From assembly GCA_963702425.1 (NCBI GenBank), contig CAVPCQ010000011.1, forward strand, positions 32,001 to 96,000: a stretch of 64,000 nucleotides of DNA, read 5' to 3'. Position 1 is the stretch's first letter. The number at the start of each line of letters is the position of its first letter. Under the pieces are notes generated by a model. The model saw nothing but the letters and a program-made list of their open reading frames with translations, was not told where the DNA came from and did no database searches. Both the position numbers and the translations under genes were made by a program. Shown in pieces: positions 43,049 to 56,203 of the stretch. Source of the stretch: an uncultured Acidobacteriota bacterium (GTDB taxonomy: Bacteria > Acidobacteriota > Polarisedimenticolia > J045).

Positions 43049-44455
43049 GTGCTGATCACCTCCCTCCCGTTCGCCGCACTGGTCGTGGGGGTCCTGGCGC
43101 TCTACTTCCTGCTCCCGCGCCGCGCGCAGCTCCTGCTGATGCTCGCCGCGTCGTTCGGGTTCTACGCCAGCTGGTCGTGGACCTTCCCGCTCGGCCTGCT
43201 CGCGCTCACGGGCATCAATTACGCGGTCGGGCGCCGCCTCTGGTCGTCGCCGAGCCGGACGTGGCTCTGGGCTGGGATCGCCCTCAACGTCCTCTCGCTC
43301 GCCGCACTCAAGTACTCCTCCGGCTTCGTGACGACGCTGCTGCACGCGACCGGCGCGCTCGGCCCGCACCAGATGCTCCAGCTGCTGCTGCCGATCGGCT
43401 TCTCGTACCGCGTCCTGGAGAACATCTCGTTCCTCGTCGACGCCTCGCGCCGGCAGTTCGACGGGTTCCCGCGGTTCCTCGACTTCGCGCTCTACCTGGC
43501 CTGGTTCCCCAAGCTGCTCTCCGGCCCGATCGAGCGCGGCAAGGCCTTCTTCACGCAGCTCGCGCGGCCGGTCGTCGTCGACAACGACGTGCTCGCCCGC
43601 TCGGTGACGCTGGTGGCGACCGGCCTGGCGCGCAAGCTGCTGCTGGCCGACACGCTGCGCGGGCTGATGCCCCCGACCCTCTTCACCGACCCACCGCCGC
43701 GCGGCGGGATCGGTCTCGTCTTCTGGCTGCTCGCCGACGTCTTCGTGATCTACAACGACTTCGCCGGCTACACGAACATCGCCCGCGGGGTGAGCCTGAC
43801 GTTCGGGATCGAGCTGCCGCGCAACTTCGCGCAGCCCTTCTTCTCCCGGAACTTCAGCGAGTTGTGGACGCGCTGGCACATCAGCCTGTCGATGTGGCTG
43901 CGCGACTACGTCTACATGCCGCTGAGCCGCGCCCTCCTGCGGCGCTCGGCGAGCGCCAATCCGCCGGCGGCCCTGATCCTCCCCCCGCTGGCGGCGATGC
44001 TGGTCAGCGCGCTGTGGCACCAGGTGGCCTGGCACACGCTGGCGTGGGGCCTGCTCTGGGGGATCTTCCTGTTCCTGGGACGGATCCCGACGCTCTGGCG
44101 GCCGGTCGTGCCGCCCGACCGGCAGCCGCGCTGGCGGCAGCTGGCCGGTACGGCCGGCGTGATCGCGATGCTGACCGGCTCGAACCTGCTCTTCGAGATG
44201 AACTTCCGGGTGGCCGGGGAGTTCCTGCGGGCGGCCACGACGGGGGCCCGCTGGCTGCCGGGCATGTTCCCCGCCACCCTGCTGATCCTCGCCTCGCTCG
44301 CGATCGACGGGGCCGAAGCGCGGTCGAGCGACGAGACGGCCTTCCGCCGGTGGCCGTTGTGGGCGCGCTCGGCGTTGCTCGCCGCGGTGCTGCTCGCGGT
44401 CTTCGCGATGACACGGCTCTCGGTACCCGAGCCGTTCATCTACCAGGGCTTCTAG
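43049..44455 (+). CDS. MBOAT family O-acyltransferase (AlgI/DltB-like)
   Basis: LPIGFSY, FPKLLSGPIER, DFAGYTNIA, NFAQPF, WTRWHISLSMWLRDYVY, LWH. Confidence 0.92.
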   Translation: MLITSLPFAALVVGVLALYFLLPRRAQLLLMLAASFGFYASWSWTFPLGLLALTGINYAVGRRLWSSPSRTWLWAGIALNVLSLAALKYSSGFVTTLLHATGALGPHQMLQLLLPIGFSYRVLENISFLVDASRRQFDGFPRFLDFALYLAWFPKLLSGPIERGKAFFTQLARPVVVDNDVLARSVTLVATGLARKLLLADTLRGLMPPTLFTDPPPRGGIGLVFWLLADVFVIYNDFAGYTNIARGVSLTFGIELPRNFAQPFFSRNFSELWTRWHISLSMWLRDYVYMPLSRALLRRSASANPPAALILPPLAAMLVSALWHQVAWHTLAWGLLWGIFLFLGRIPTLWRPVVPPDRQPRWRQLAGTAGVIAMLTGSNLLFEMNFRVAGEFLRAATTGARWLPGMFPATLLILASLAIDGAEARSSDETAFRRWPLWARSALLAAVLLAVFAMTRLSVPEPFIYQGF

Positions 44456-44482
44456 GAACGCCCCGCCGGCGGCGTCCGGAGG

Positions 44483-46000
44483 TCACCGCGGGCGCGGCGG
44501 ACGGAGCCTCGACAACACACGCCCCAGGAGTTCGCGGTCCTCCGGTTCCGGCCGCAGAAGCCACCAGGCCCCGGCGAAGACCGCGACCGCGACGGCGGCG
44601 GCCGGGACCCCGCCGAGGGTCGCGTAGACCGCGCCGCCGGCGGCCGCGGCCAGCACGAACGCCGCGACCGGCTTCAGGATCGTCCGGTCCCACGGAACGA
44701 GCCGGAACATGAACCAGATCTCGACGCAGCGGACGGCGTTGATCAGCGCCAGCGACGAGGCCCCCGCCGCCGCCGCGCCGGTCGCGCCGTAGGCCGGGAC
44801 CAGCAGCGCGTTGAGCCCCAGGCTGGCCAGCGCCACGCAGGCGGCGTTGACCAGGTTGATGTGCGGGTAGCCGGTCATCGTCAGCAGCATCCCGTTGGTC
44901 CCCATCGCTGCCGAGGCGAGTTGCCCCGCCGCGAGCAGGGCCAGCGGGAGGTGCCCGGCTTCGAAGTCGCTGCCGAAGAGCCGCAGCAGCGGCCGGCCGC
45001 CGAAGACGACCACCAGCGCGATCAGCGCACTGAGCGAGAAGATCCAGCGGGTCGAGGTGTGGAAGGTCCGCTCGAGGCCCGCCGCGTCGCTCCGTCCGTG
45101 CATGCCGGCATAGCTCGGGGCGAGCGAGGTGTTGAGCGCCTCGGTCGGCATGTTGACGGCCGTGCCGAGCCGGGACGCGACGGCGTAGATCCCGATCTCC
45201 GCCGCGCTGCGGTAGACGCCCATCACCAGCACGTCGGCCCAGAGCACGAAGTGGTTGAGCAGGTTGAGGAACATCACCGGTGTGGCGAAGGCGAACAGCT
45301 CGCGCCAGCGCCGCGGCGCGGGGGCTTCGGCCGGCGGAACGGTGGCCATCCGCCGCGCCAGCCAGCGGCCACTCAGCACGGCGACCACCGCCGCGGCGAG
45401 GAAGAACGCGGCGAGGACCCACGGCAGGCTGCGCGTCGCGGCCGAGCGGGGCACGAACAGCGCGAGCAGCAGCGCGGAGAAGATCGCCGGGTGGGCGATC
45501 CGATCGACGATCACCTTGGCGCGGATCTCCTTCAGCCCCTGCAGGCAGCCGCCGGCGACCGCGTTGAGGCCGAGGAGCGGGAGCGCCAGCGCGAGCCCGG
45601 CCAGCGGCAGCGCGAGCCCCTCCTTGGCGAACAGCGCGCGCGAGCCCCAGGGCGCGGCCAGCAGCACGAGGACCGTCCAGGCCAGGCTCGAGACGACGAC
45701 GACGCGCAGGCTGGCGGCGACGACCCAGCGCAGCGTCGCCCAGTCGCGCCGGGCGGCGCTGGCGGCAACGAAGTGGACGCTGGAGACCGGCAGCCCCATG
45801 TTGGCCGGCATCGCCGCCATCATGACGACGGTACTGGCCAGCGCGAAGAGCCCGTAGCCGGCGCTGCCCAGGACGCGGGCCAGGAGGATCGAGTTGAGGT
45901 AGCGGCAGGCGGCGCCCGCGGCGCCGAGCAGGCCGGCCCAGCCCCCCTCCTTCGCCACGAAGCGGACGTCGTCCGCGCCCGGCCTCGACGGGGCGCTCAT
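44483..46000 (-). CDS. Wzx-type oligosaccharide flippase
   Basis: LARVLGSAGYGLF, DVLVMG...IGIYAVA, LVPAYGATGAA; highly hydrophobic polytopic pattern. Confidence 0.88.
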   Translation of the reverse strand: MSAPSRPGADDVRFVAKEGGWAGLLGAAGAACRYLNSILLARVLGSAGYGLFALASTVVMMAAMPANMGLPVSSVHFVAASAARRDWATLRWVVAASLRVVVVSSLAWTVLVLLAAPWGSRALFAKEGLALPLAGLALALPLLGLNAVAGGCLQGLKEIRAKVIVDRIAHPAIFSALLLALFVPRSAATRSLPWVLAAFFLAAAVVAVLSGRWLARRMATVPPAEAPAPRRWRELFAFATPVMFLNLLNHFVLWADVLVMGVYRSAAEIGIYAVASRLGTAVNMPTEALNTSLAPSYAGMHGRSDAAGLERTFHTSTRWIFSLSALIALVVVFGGRPLLRLFGSDFEAGHLPLALLAAGQLASAAMGTNGMLLTMTGYPHINLVNAACVALASLGLNALLVPAYGATGAAAAGASSLALINAVRCVEIWFMFRLVPWDRTILKPVAAFVLAAAAGGAVYATLGGVPAAAVAVAVFAGAWWLLRPEPEDRELLGRVLSRLRPPRPR

Positions 46001-46022
46001 GCCGCTCCCGGCCTGCGGCGCG

Positions 46023-46852
46023 TCACGCCGTCACCGCACCGTCCGCGTAGCCGAGCCGCTCGAGGAGACCCGGCGCGACCTCGCGGAACGCCGCCTCGTG
46101 CTCCGGCGCGAAGTGGTTCTTCCAGTCGCCGATCTCCCCCTTGCGGAAGGTCAGGCTGTCCCTCGAGAAGGTCGCGCGGGCGATCGCGGCCACCTGCTCG
46201 CCGCTCAACCCGAAGCCGAGCCAGTCGGTGAGGCGCTGCAGTTCGTCGAGCTGCGCGCGCTCCGAACCACCACCGTGCGGGCCGACGAGGTCCTCGAAGC
46301 GGCAGGTGTGCACGGCGTGCCGCTCGGTCCAGGCGAGGTAGGAGCGGAAGAGCGTCGCCGATGTCGGGCTGTGCGCGTCCGTCCCGGGCGTACACCCCAT
46401 CGACGCCGCGGATGCAGGCCATGATCCGCTCGTGATCCGAGGTCAGGACGCGCGTGAAATGATCGTGGAAGCGGTGGCCGACGTGCTCGCGCGGGATGTA
46501 CTTGGCGAGCGAGACGACGACGTCGCGCGGGTCCCTGATCATCAGCACGAGCCGGATCCCCGCGGCGTCCAGCGCCCCGGCGACGCGCGGCTCGTAGACG
46601 ATGTGCCCGACGAGGACCTGGAACGGGGCGATGCGCCGCAGGCGGCGGATCTTGCCGTCGACGCTGACCTTGCCGAGGACCAGCTCGGGGATGACGCGCA
46701 CGCCGGGAACCCGCTTCAGGGCCGAGATCAGCAGGTGCGTGCCGGCCTTCGGCAGGCTGGTGACGGCGACGCGCGGGCCCTCCGGCCGGGCCGCGGAGGG
46801 CGTGCCAGGCGTCGCCGACCCGGCCCGTCCACGTCGCCAGCGTCCCCGCCAT
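46023..46852 (-). CDS. PAPS-dependent sulfotransferase, two apparent frameshifts
   Basis: SLPKAGTHLL (5'-PSB), IRDPRDVVVS (3'-PB), RFEDL, TFRKGEIGDWKNHF. Confidence 0.85.
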
Positions 46853-46971
46853 CGCGTCCCCTCGAGAAGATGAACCGCGCGGCGCTTCCGGCCGCGCGGA
46901 TCCGGCATTATGACAGGCGCGGATCGCCGTACAATCTGCGGATCCCCCCTCCGCGGGGCAGGACCGGGACG

Positions 46972-48037
46972 ATGCCGACCGACCCACCGACCTCCACCGT
47001 GCTCCGCCTGCGCTGGCCGGCGGGCGCGACGATCGCGCTGGCGCTGCTCCTCGCCGTCGCCGCGGCCGGGGTCTGCGAAGCGGTGGCGCGGATGGACGGC
47101 GTGCGCGACCGGCTGAGCCCGGAGAGCGTCGGAAGCGGGCAGCAGCAGCTGGACCGGAAGCTGGTCCTGCTGCGCGAGGCGATCGCCGGCCAGGGGGCGG
47201 TCGACGCGCTGTTCCTGGGCAGCTCGCAGGTCCACCGGGCGGTCGACCCGTCGCTGCTCGCTGGGGCGCTTCGCGGGGAGTCCGGGGGCGACCTGCGCAG
47301 CTTCAACTTCGGCCTGAACGGGATCTCGGAGGTCGGCCAGGTGCCGGTCGCCCGGATCCTGGTGCGGAAGTTCCACCCGCGCCTGATCGTGGTCGGCGTG
47401 TCGTCCTACGGGATGGACGACCGGCGCGACATCAAGTTCGGCGAGCACCTCGAATCGAGCCCCTGGTTCCGGTACCAATCGGGGCACCTGGATATCGACG
47501 GCTGGATGCTCGAGCACTCGTACGCCATGCGCCAGTACCAGGGCTACCTCTACTGGTCGAACCCCGACGCCGAGAAGCTCGAGATCCAGGAGCGGGCGGT
47601 GAACGGGATGGAGTCCGACGGCCACGGCGCGTTCGAGCCCGGCCGGTTTCGCGACGTCGACGCGGAGGCGGCCGCGGCCCTTGCCGACTTCCGCGTCTCG
47701 CCGTCCCACGTCGAGGCGCTCGACGCGCTGTTCGCGCTGCGCTCGCCCGAGCTCGAGGTGATCGCCGTAGAGCTGCCGGTCCACGAGCACGTCATCGAGC
47801 GCTACGGCCGCGGCGCCGCGGATCACGCGGCGGCCCTGGCGGCCATCGAGCAGGTCGCGGCGCGGCACGGCGTCGCCTTCTGGCGCTGGCCCGCGGACCG
47901 GCCGATCCCCGAGGACGCCTGGGCCGACTTCGTGCACCTCAACCGGACCGGGACGGCGATCTACAGCGACGTGGCTCGGCGAGCGGCTCGGCAAGGCGCT
48001 GAAGAGCGGCGAGTTGAAGCTGCCGGCCGGCAGCTGA
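46972..48037 (+). CDS. SGNH-like (DltD/AlgJ-type) membrane-anchored acyltransferase partner, probable frameshift near 47970
   Basis: N-terminal TM; LFLGSS, SFNFGLNG, DFVHLN (DxxH); TACAAT -10 at 46930. Confidence 0.75.
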
Positions 48038-48072
48038 CTCCGTGCCGGCCCGAGCGGCTGGAGCGAGAGGGG

Positions 48073-50169
<2,097 letters not shown>

Positions 50170-50261
50170 GGCGTGTCTCGCTCCCGGCGAAGCGGCTACA
50201 ATACCGGTCCCCCGCCTCGCCGGAAACCGTTCCGGAACACGTTCGCGTCCCCGGAGTCCCC

Positions 50262-52403
50262 ATGCCCGCGTCGCTCGAGGCCTTCCTGCGCCCGCGCTCG
50301 ATCGCGCTGATCGGTGCCTCGCACCGTCCGAACTCGCTGGGCGGCCGCGTCACCGCGCGGCTGTTCGGGTCGGGCTACCGCGGCCGACTGATCCCGGTCA
50401 ACCCGCGGCCCGACCCGATCCACGGCCTCGCCCCGGTCGCGTCGGTGGCCGACGCCGAGGGCCCGATCGACCTGGCGCTGATCGCGATCCCGCGCGACGC
50501 GGTCCGCGGCGCGGTCCTGCAGTGCCTCGACAAGGGGATCCCGGCGATCTGCGTCGTCACCGCCGGGTTCAAGGAAGTCGACGAGGAAGGGGCGGCGCTG
50601 GAGCGCGAGCTGGTCGCGCTGGTGCGCGCACGGGGCGCGCGGATGATCGGCCCGAACTGCATGGGGATCACGAACACCAGCCCGCAGTGCACCTTCGACG
50701 CAACCTTCTCGCCGGTTCCGCCGCTGGCCGGTCCGATCGGCTTCGCCTCGCAGTCGGGCGCGCTCGGCGTCGCGGTGCTCAACATCTGCCACCAGCGGCA
50801 GATCGGCTTCTCGCAGTTCGTGTCGATGGGGAACAAGGCCGACGTCGCGGAGGACGACCTGCTCGAGGCCTGGGAGGACGACCCCGAGGTCCGCGTGATC
50901 GCGATGTATCTCGAGTCGGTGCGCGATCCGCAGCGCTTCCTCGCCGCCGCGCGCCGGGTGACGAAGCGAAAGCCGGTCGTGGTGGTCAAGGCGGGGCGGA
51001 CCGCGGCCGGCGCGCGCGCCGCGTCGTCCCACACCGGCGCGCTGGCTGGAGCCGACCAGGGGGCAGAAGCGCTCTTCCGCCAGGCCGGCGTGCTGCGCGT
51101 CGACACCGTGGAGGAGATGCTCGAGACCTCGCTCGCGCTGTCGCGCTGTGCGCTCCCCGCAGGAAACCGCGTGGCGGTCCTCACCAACGCCGGCGGGCCG
51201 GGGATCATGGCCGCCGATGCGCTCGACCGCGCGGGGCTCCTCGTCGCCGAGCTCGAGGCGACGACGAAGGAGGCCCTGCGCGCGCTCCTGCCGCGGGAGG
51301 CCGCGGTGACGAACCCGGTGGACATGATCGCCTCGGCCGGCCCGGTCGAATACGGCAGCTGCCTCGACCTGCTGCTGAAGGACCCGCAGGTCGACGCGGT
51401 CGTGCCGGTCGTCGTGACCCCCCCGGCCCACGACGCGCTCGACGTGCTGAAGGCGCTGATGGACGCGGCCGCGCGCCACCCCAAGCCGGCACTCGGCGTC
51501 TTCATGGTCGGCGAGGACCTCAAGCGCCTGGCGGCGACGCCCGGCGCGATCCCGACCTTCCCGCAGCCAGAAGGGGCGGCCCGGGCGCTGGCCGACATGG
51601 TGCGCTCCGCGCGCTGGCGCGCGGCCGGGCCGGGGACGGTGCCGGACTTCCCGGCCGACGACACGGCGATCGCGGCGCGGTTGGCGGTGCGCGCGGCCGC
51701 CGGCGGCGGCTACCTCGACGCCGCCGCGACCTGGCAGGTCCTCGAAGCGGCGGGGATCCCCGGCGCCGGATGGAGCAGCCTGCCCGCCGCGGCGGACCTG
51801 ACCGAAATCTCCGGCGCGGCGGAAGCGATCGGCTTCCCGGTCGTCCTCAAGGCGACCGGCGACGCGCTCGTGCACAAGTCGGACGCCGGCGGCGTCGCGC
51901 TCGACCTGCGCGATCGCGCGGCGGTCGAGCGCGCGGCGGCCGCGATGTCCGGCGCGCTCGGTCGCGCCGGCCAGGCGCCGGGTAGCTGGGACTGGTTCGT
52001 GCAGGCGTTCCGGCCCGGCGGGCGCGAGGTGATCGTCGGCGCAACGCGCGATCCGCACTACGGGCCGCTGGTGATGTTCGGGCTGGGCGGCCGCTTCGTC
52101 GAGGTCTTCCGGGACGTCCTCTTTGGCCTGGCACCACTCACGCGGGAGGATGCCGAGGCGATGGTGCGTGGCATCCGCGGGCTCCCGCTGCTGACCGGCA
52201 CGCGGGGCGAGGCGGCCGTCGAGCTCGGCCCGGCGGTCGACACGCTCGGCCGCGTCGCGCGCCTGATGGAGCGTCACCCTTCGATCGTCGAGCTGGACCT
52301 CAACCCCCTGTTGCTCTACCCCGAGGCCGATCGGGCTGCGGCGGTGGACGCGCGCATCCGGGTCGCGGGCCCCCCGGCCCCATCCCCGGAGGTCGCGCGG
52401 TGA
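50262..52403 (+). CDS. Acyl-CoA synthetase, NDP-forming (acetate-CoA ligase, alpha/beta fused)
   Basis: [50 protein letters not shown]. Confidence 0.92.
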   Translation: MPASLEAFLRPRSIALIGASHRPNSLGGRVTARLFGSGYRGRLIPVNPRPDPIHGLAPVASVADAEGPIDLALIAIPRDAVRGAVLQCLDKGIPAICVVTAGFKEVDEEGAALERELVALVRARGARMIGPNCMGITNTSPQCTFDATFSPVPPLAGPIGFASQSGALGVAVLNICHQRQIGFSQFVSMGNKADVAEDDLLEAWEDDPEVRVIAMYLESVRDPQRFLAAARRVTKRKPVVVVKAGRTAAGARAASSHTGALAGADQGAEALFRQAGVLRVDTVEEMLETSLALSRCALPAGNRVAVLTNAGGPGIMAADALDRAGLLVAELEATTKEALRALLPREAAVTNPVDMIASAGPVEYGSCLDLLLKDPQVDAVVPVVVTPPAHDALDVLKALMDAAARHPKPALGVFMVGEDLKRLAATPGAIPTFPQPEGAARALADMVRSARWRAAGPGTVPDFPADDTAIAARLAVRAAAGGGYLDAAATWQVLEAAGIPGAGWSSLPAAADLTEISGAAEAIGFPVVLKATGDALVHKSDAGGVALDLRDRAAVERAAAAMSGALGRAGQAPGSWDWFVQAFRPGGREVIVGATRDPHYGPLVMFGLGGRFVEVFRDVLFGLAPLTREDAEAMVRGIRGLPLLTGTRGEAAVELGPAVDTLGRVARLMERHPSIVELDLNPLLLYPEADRAAAVDARIRVAGPPAPSPEVAR

Positions 52404-52504
52404 CACGGCCTCCCCCTTTGTGGATAATGCGCCGGTTCCGGCCTTCCTCCCCGGGAGCTCGGCCGCCGGCCGCCGCCCCGGTCCCGTTGCCGAAGGAGAT
52501 CGTG

Positions 52505-53182
52505 ATGTCCCGTAAGCTGCTCGTGGCCCTTGCGCTCCCGCTGCTCCTGGCGTCGTCCATCGCCTGGGCGCAGGAGGCGGCGGCTCCCGACGAAACAGCC
52601 GCCGAACCCCGCCAGCCGATGCAGTGGGGGGTATACCTCGGCTTCCTTCCCGGTGGGGTCGTCTCCGAGGCGAATTTCGACTACGCGACGCCGTCCAAGG
52701 AGCGGGACGCCAAGGGCCTGACGCCCGAACTCGACGACATCAAGGAAATCGGCGGGATCTGGGCGATCGCGCTCTCCAAGCGCACCTGGTTCCAGGTACG
52801 CGCAGCCGTCGGCCAAACCGCCTACTTCGACACGCCCAACGGCCGGGTCGACTCGCTGGTCTATTCGATCGACCTCGCGCTGATGCCGCGCTGGGAGTGG
52901 GGCTTCTACCAGCTCGGGATCCCGTTCGGATTCGGCTGGGCGCAGTTCGACGCGGACGGCCCCCTGGCCGACGAAGATGTGCCGGGTTCGAACTACACGC
53001 TGCCGCTCAAGTCGGCCGGTGCGGGGACCATCTTCCTGGGCGTCTACAACGGCTTCAAGATCGGCGAGAAGTCGGCGCTCTTCCTCGACCTGCGGTACAA
53101 GATCCTCCACCGCACGCTCAACGTGACGGCGATCTCGCTGCCGACGTGGGAAGCGACGTTCGGGTTCGTTCGCACCTTCTAG
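52505..53182 (+). CDS. Outer-membrane beta-barrel protein (small, probably 8-stranded)
   Basis: AAGGAG RBS, signal peptide, amphipathic beta strands, C-terminal Phe (ATFGFVRTF). Confidence 0.75.
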   Translation: MSRKLLVALALPLLLASSIAWAQEAAAPDETAAEPRQPMQWGVYLGFLPGGVVSEANFDYATPSKERDAKGLTPELDDIKEIGGIWAIALSKRTWFQVRAAVGQTAYFDTPNGRVDSLVYSIDLALMPRWEWGFYQLGIPFGFGWAQFDADGPLADEDVPGSNYTLPLKSAGAGTIFLGVYNGFKIGEKSALFLDLRYKILHRTLNVTAISLPTWEATFGFVRTF

Positions 53183-53203
53183 TCCGGCGAGGCCCCCCTG
53201 CGG

Positions 53204-53238
53204 CGGCCGGCGGCGCGCGCCGCCGGCCGTTTCGTTTT
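53204..53238 (+). terminator. Rho-independent terminator
   Basis: 11-bp GC stem CGGCCGGCGGC/GCCGCCGGCCG, 4-nt loop, then TTTCGTTTT; between convergent genes. Confidence 0.8.
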
Positions 53239-53243
53239 CCGGT

Positions 53244-53816
53244 TCAGCCGACGGCCCGGCGGATGAAACGCCGCTCGTGGGGGTCGACCTCGATCCGCTC
53301 GCCCGACTCGAGGTAGAGCGGCACCTGGATCTCGACGCCGCCGGCGACGGTGGCGCGCTTGAGCACCTTGCCGGAAGCGGTGTTGCCGCGCACCGCCGGC
53401 TCGGTCTCGAGCACGTCGACTTCCAGCACTTTGGGCAGCTCGATTGCAGCGATCTGCCCCTGGAACGAGATCGCCCGGACGACCAGCCCCTCGGAGAGCC
53501 ACGGGGCGGCGTCCTCGTTGCGGTCGCGCGGCAGCGAGAACTGCTCGAACGACTCCTCGTCCATGAAGTGCAGGTCGGAGCCGTCGTCGTAGAGGAACTG
53601 CGCCTGGCGGTAGAAGAGGTCGGGCTCGTCGAACGCTTCGCCCGACTTGAGGGTCCTGTCGAGCAGCGTCCCGTCGAGCAGGTTCTTGAAGCGCGCCTTG
53701 ACCAGCGTAGCCGAGCCGCGCGCGGACGGGCTCTGGACGGTGAAGTCGGCCACGGCGTAGGGCGCGCCGTCGAGCAGCACGCGCAGCCCCTTCTTGAAGT
53801 CGGCGGTGGTGATCAC
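53244..53816 (-). CDS. efpL: Elongation factor P-like protein EfpL (YeiP type)
   Basis: EF-P fold; loop SPSARGSAT instead of KPGKG; EPAVRGNTA, VPLYL..GERI. Confidence 0.85.
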   Translation of the reverse strand: MITTADFKKGLRVLLDGAPYAVADFTVQSPSARGSATLVKARFKNLLDGTLLDRTLKSGEAFDEPDLFYRQAQFLYDDGSDLHFMDEESFEQFSLPRDRNEDAAPWLSEGLVVRAISFQGQIAAIELPKVLEVDVLETEPAVRGNTASGKVLKRATVAGGVEIQVPLYLESGERIEVDPHERRFIRRAVG

Positions 53817-53845
53817 GGGAGCCTCCGGGTGAAAGCCGGGCGATT

Positions 53846-55453
53846 CTACGGCGTCCCCCGCCGGCGTGACAAAGTCGCGGCCGCAAGGAACGCCGCCGCC
53901 GCGAGGAGGTAGCCGACGGCGACGGACCAGGCCTGGCCCGGCACGATCTCCTCACGCACCGCAGCGGGGGTGAGCGTGTAGGCGTGCATCAGCCCCGTTG
54001 CGGCGAGGAGTGCGGCGACCGCGGCCCAGAGCGCGGCGCGGGCGTAGAGGCGCTCGGCGAGGAAGACCGCGATCGCGGCCAGCAGCGTCGCCGAGAACAG
54101 GAAGCCCGACTTGAGCGCCAGCAGGCCCCGCACGTACGGGATCGTCGTCGCCGCGAGCCCGTTCACGAACGCCGGCAGATCGACGGCCGCCGGCAACCAG
54201 CCGTTCACGCGCGCGCCGGTGAAGGTCATCTCGACCAGGAACCAGCCCCAGGCGGCGATGCCGGGGAGCATCCCGATCACCACCGCGGGCGCGTGCTCGG
54301 CCGGGGTGGCGCGGAACGCCTGCGCCGTGATCACGACCGCGATCCAGACCAGGATCGCCATCGCCGCCTCGATCGGCACGATCCGGGCGATCGGTCCGAT
54401 CAACCCGGTCAGCGCCACGACGGTGAAGAAGACGCCGTTCCAGGCCGAGTAGGCCCAGCCGGCGCCCATCCGCTTCCAGCCGGGGTGACCGATGTAGATC
54501 GTGGTCGGGAAGCACGAGCCGAGCGCGGCGGCGGCGACGGTCGCCGCACCGTTGACGAAGAGCGAGCGGCCGGTCGGGTAGGCGTCCCCTTCGGCCTCCG
54601 CCGACTCCACGTTCTGGAGCGAGCCGAGCACGTTGATCAGCCCCATCGGCACGATGACCGCCATCCGCTCCCAGACGAAGGGGCTCGCCAGCGCTGACGC
54701 CAGGTCGCCGAGCGCGGGCCGCGGCAGCCGCAGCCCAGCGCCCTCCCAGAGGCCCGCGAGCGCCAGCGGCGGCGCCCCGGCGACCCCGGCCAGCGTCAGC
54801 CCCCACGCCAGGAGGGTGCCGGCGAGGACGGCCACGAGACCGCCCGGCAGCCCGAACGGCCACCGGAAGCGACCGAGGTAGGTGAGCAGCACGATCGCCA
54901 GCGGGGCGATCGCGACCAGCGGCCGGTCGAACGTCTTCAGCGCGAACTCCATCGAGATGAAACCGAGCGCGATCCCGGCCAGGGTGGAGAGCAATGCCGC
55001 GCGCGGCGTGACCCGCCGCACCCATCCCGCGAAGAGCGCGCCGGCCGCCTCGATCAGCCCGGAGAGGAGGCACGCCACGAGCCCGACCTGCCAGGCCACC
55101 TGCGCCGCCCGTTCCGGGCCGAAATCGGGGCGCGCCGCGAGTTCCTGGTACGTCGGCGCCATGATGAACAGGACGAAGGCGAACAGGCTGACCGTGTTGA
55201 TCCCGAACGGCAGCGCGGTGTGGGGGCGGCCCGTCGCCGCCGCACGCGACCGGGCCAGCCAGGCGTAATACAGGTTCCCGGCGAGCAGGGAGAGCGCGGC
55301 CCCGGGGAAGATCCGGCCCAGGACGAAGTCGGCCGGCATCCCGACCAGGGTCGTACAGAGCGCGAGGATCACGAGGAACTGCAGCAGGTTGTCGACCATC
55401 AGGCCGAAGAAGCCGTCGAGGTCGCCGCGGGTCACGGGGGCGGAGCCGCTCAT
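53846..55453 (-). CDS. NCS2-like (xanthine/uracil/vitamin C) permease
   Basis: GDLDGFFGL, TALPFGINT, TPRAALLSTLAG, NVESA..GD.Y, TTIYIGHPGWK. Confidence 0.85.
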   Translation of the reverse strand: MSGSAPVTRGDLDGFFGLMVDNLLQFLVILALCTTLVGMPADFVLGRIFPGAALSLLAGNLYYAWLARSRAAATGRPHTALPFGINTVSLFAFVLFIMAPTYQELAARPDFGPERAAQVAWQVGLVACLLSGLIEAAGALFAGWVRRVTPRAALLSTLAGIALGFISMEFALKTFDRPLVAIAPLAIVLLTYLGRFRWPFGLPGGLVAVLAGTLLAWGLTLAGVAGAPPLALAGLWEGAGLRLPRPALGDLASALASPFVWERMAVIVPMGLINVLGSLQNVESAEAEGDAYPTGRSLFVNGAATVAAAALGSCFPTTIYIGHPGWKRMGAGWAYSAWNGVFFTVVALTGLIGPIARIVPIEAAMAILVWIAVVITAQAFRATPAEHAPAVVIGMLPGIAAWGWFLVEMTFTGARVNGWLPAAVDLPAFVNGLAATTIPYVRGLLALKSGFLFSATLLAAIAVFLAERLYARAALWAAVAALLAATGLMHAYTLTPAAVREEIVPGQAWSVAVGYLLAAAAFLAAATLSRRRGTP

Positions 55454-55509
55454 GGCACGATTATCGCGTTCCGCGTGGGAGAATGGGGTTCCCCGCGGGT
55501 GAGGTCCTG

Positions 55510-56073
<564 letters not shown>

Positions 56074-56082
56074 TACCAGTAA

Positions 56083-56111
56083 TTGAGTCGCGGGCTCTAT
56101 CGTAGTATCCT
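56083..56111 (+). promoter_or_regulatory. Sigma70-like promoter upstream of ald
   Basis: TTGAGT-N17-TATCCT. Confidence 0.6.
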
Positions 56112-56203
56112 GTTCAGCCCCATCGGACTTGGCCGTGTGGATCGTTCGCCCAACCGGCCCCATCGGTATCGATTCGTTCGGTTTGTCGCCAAGGAGCGCG
56201 CCC

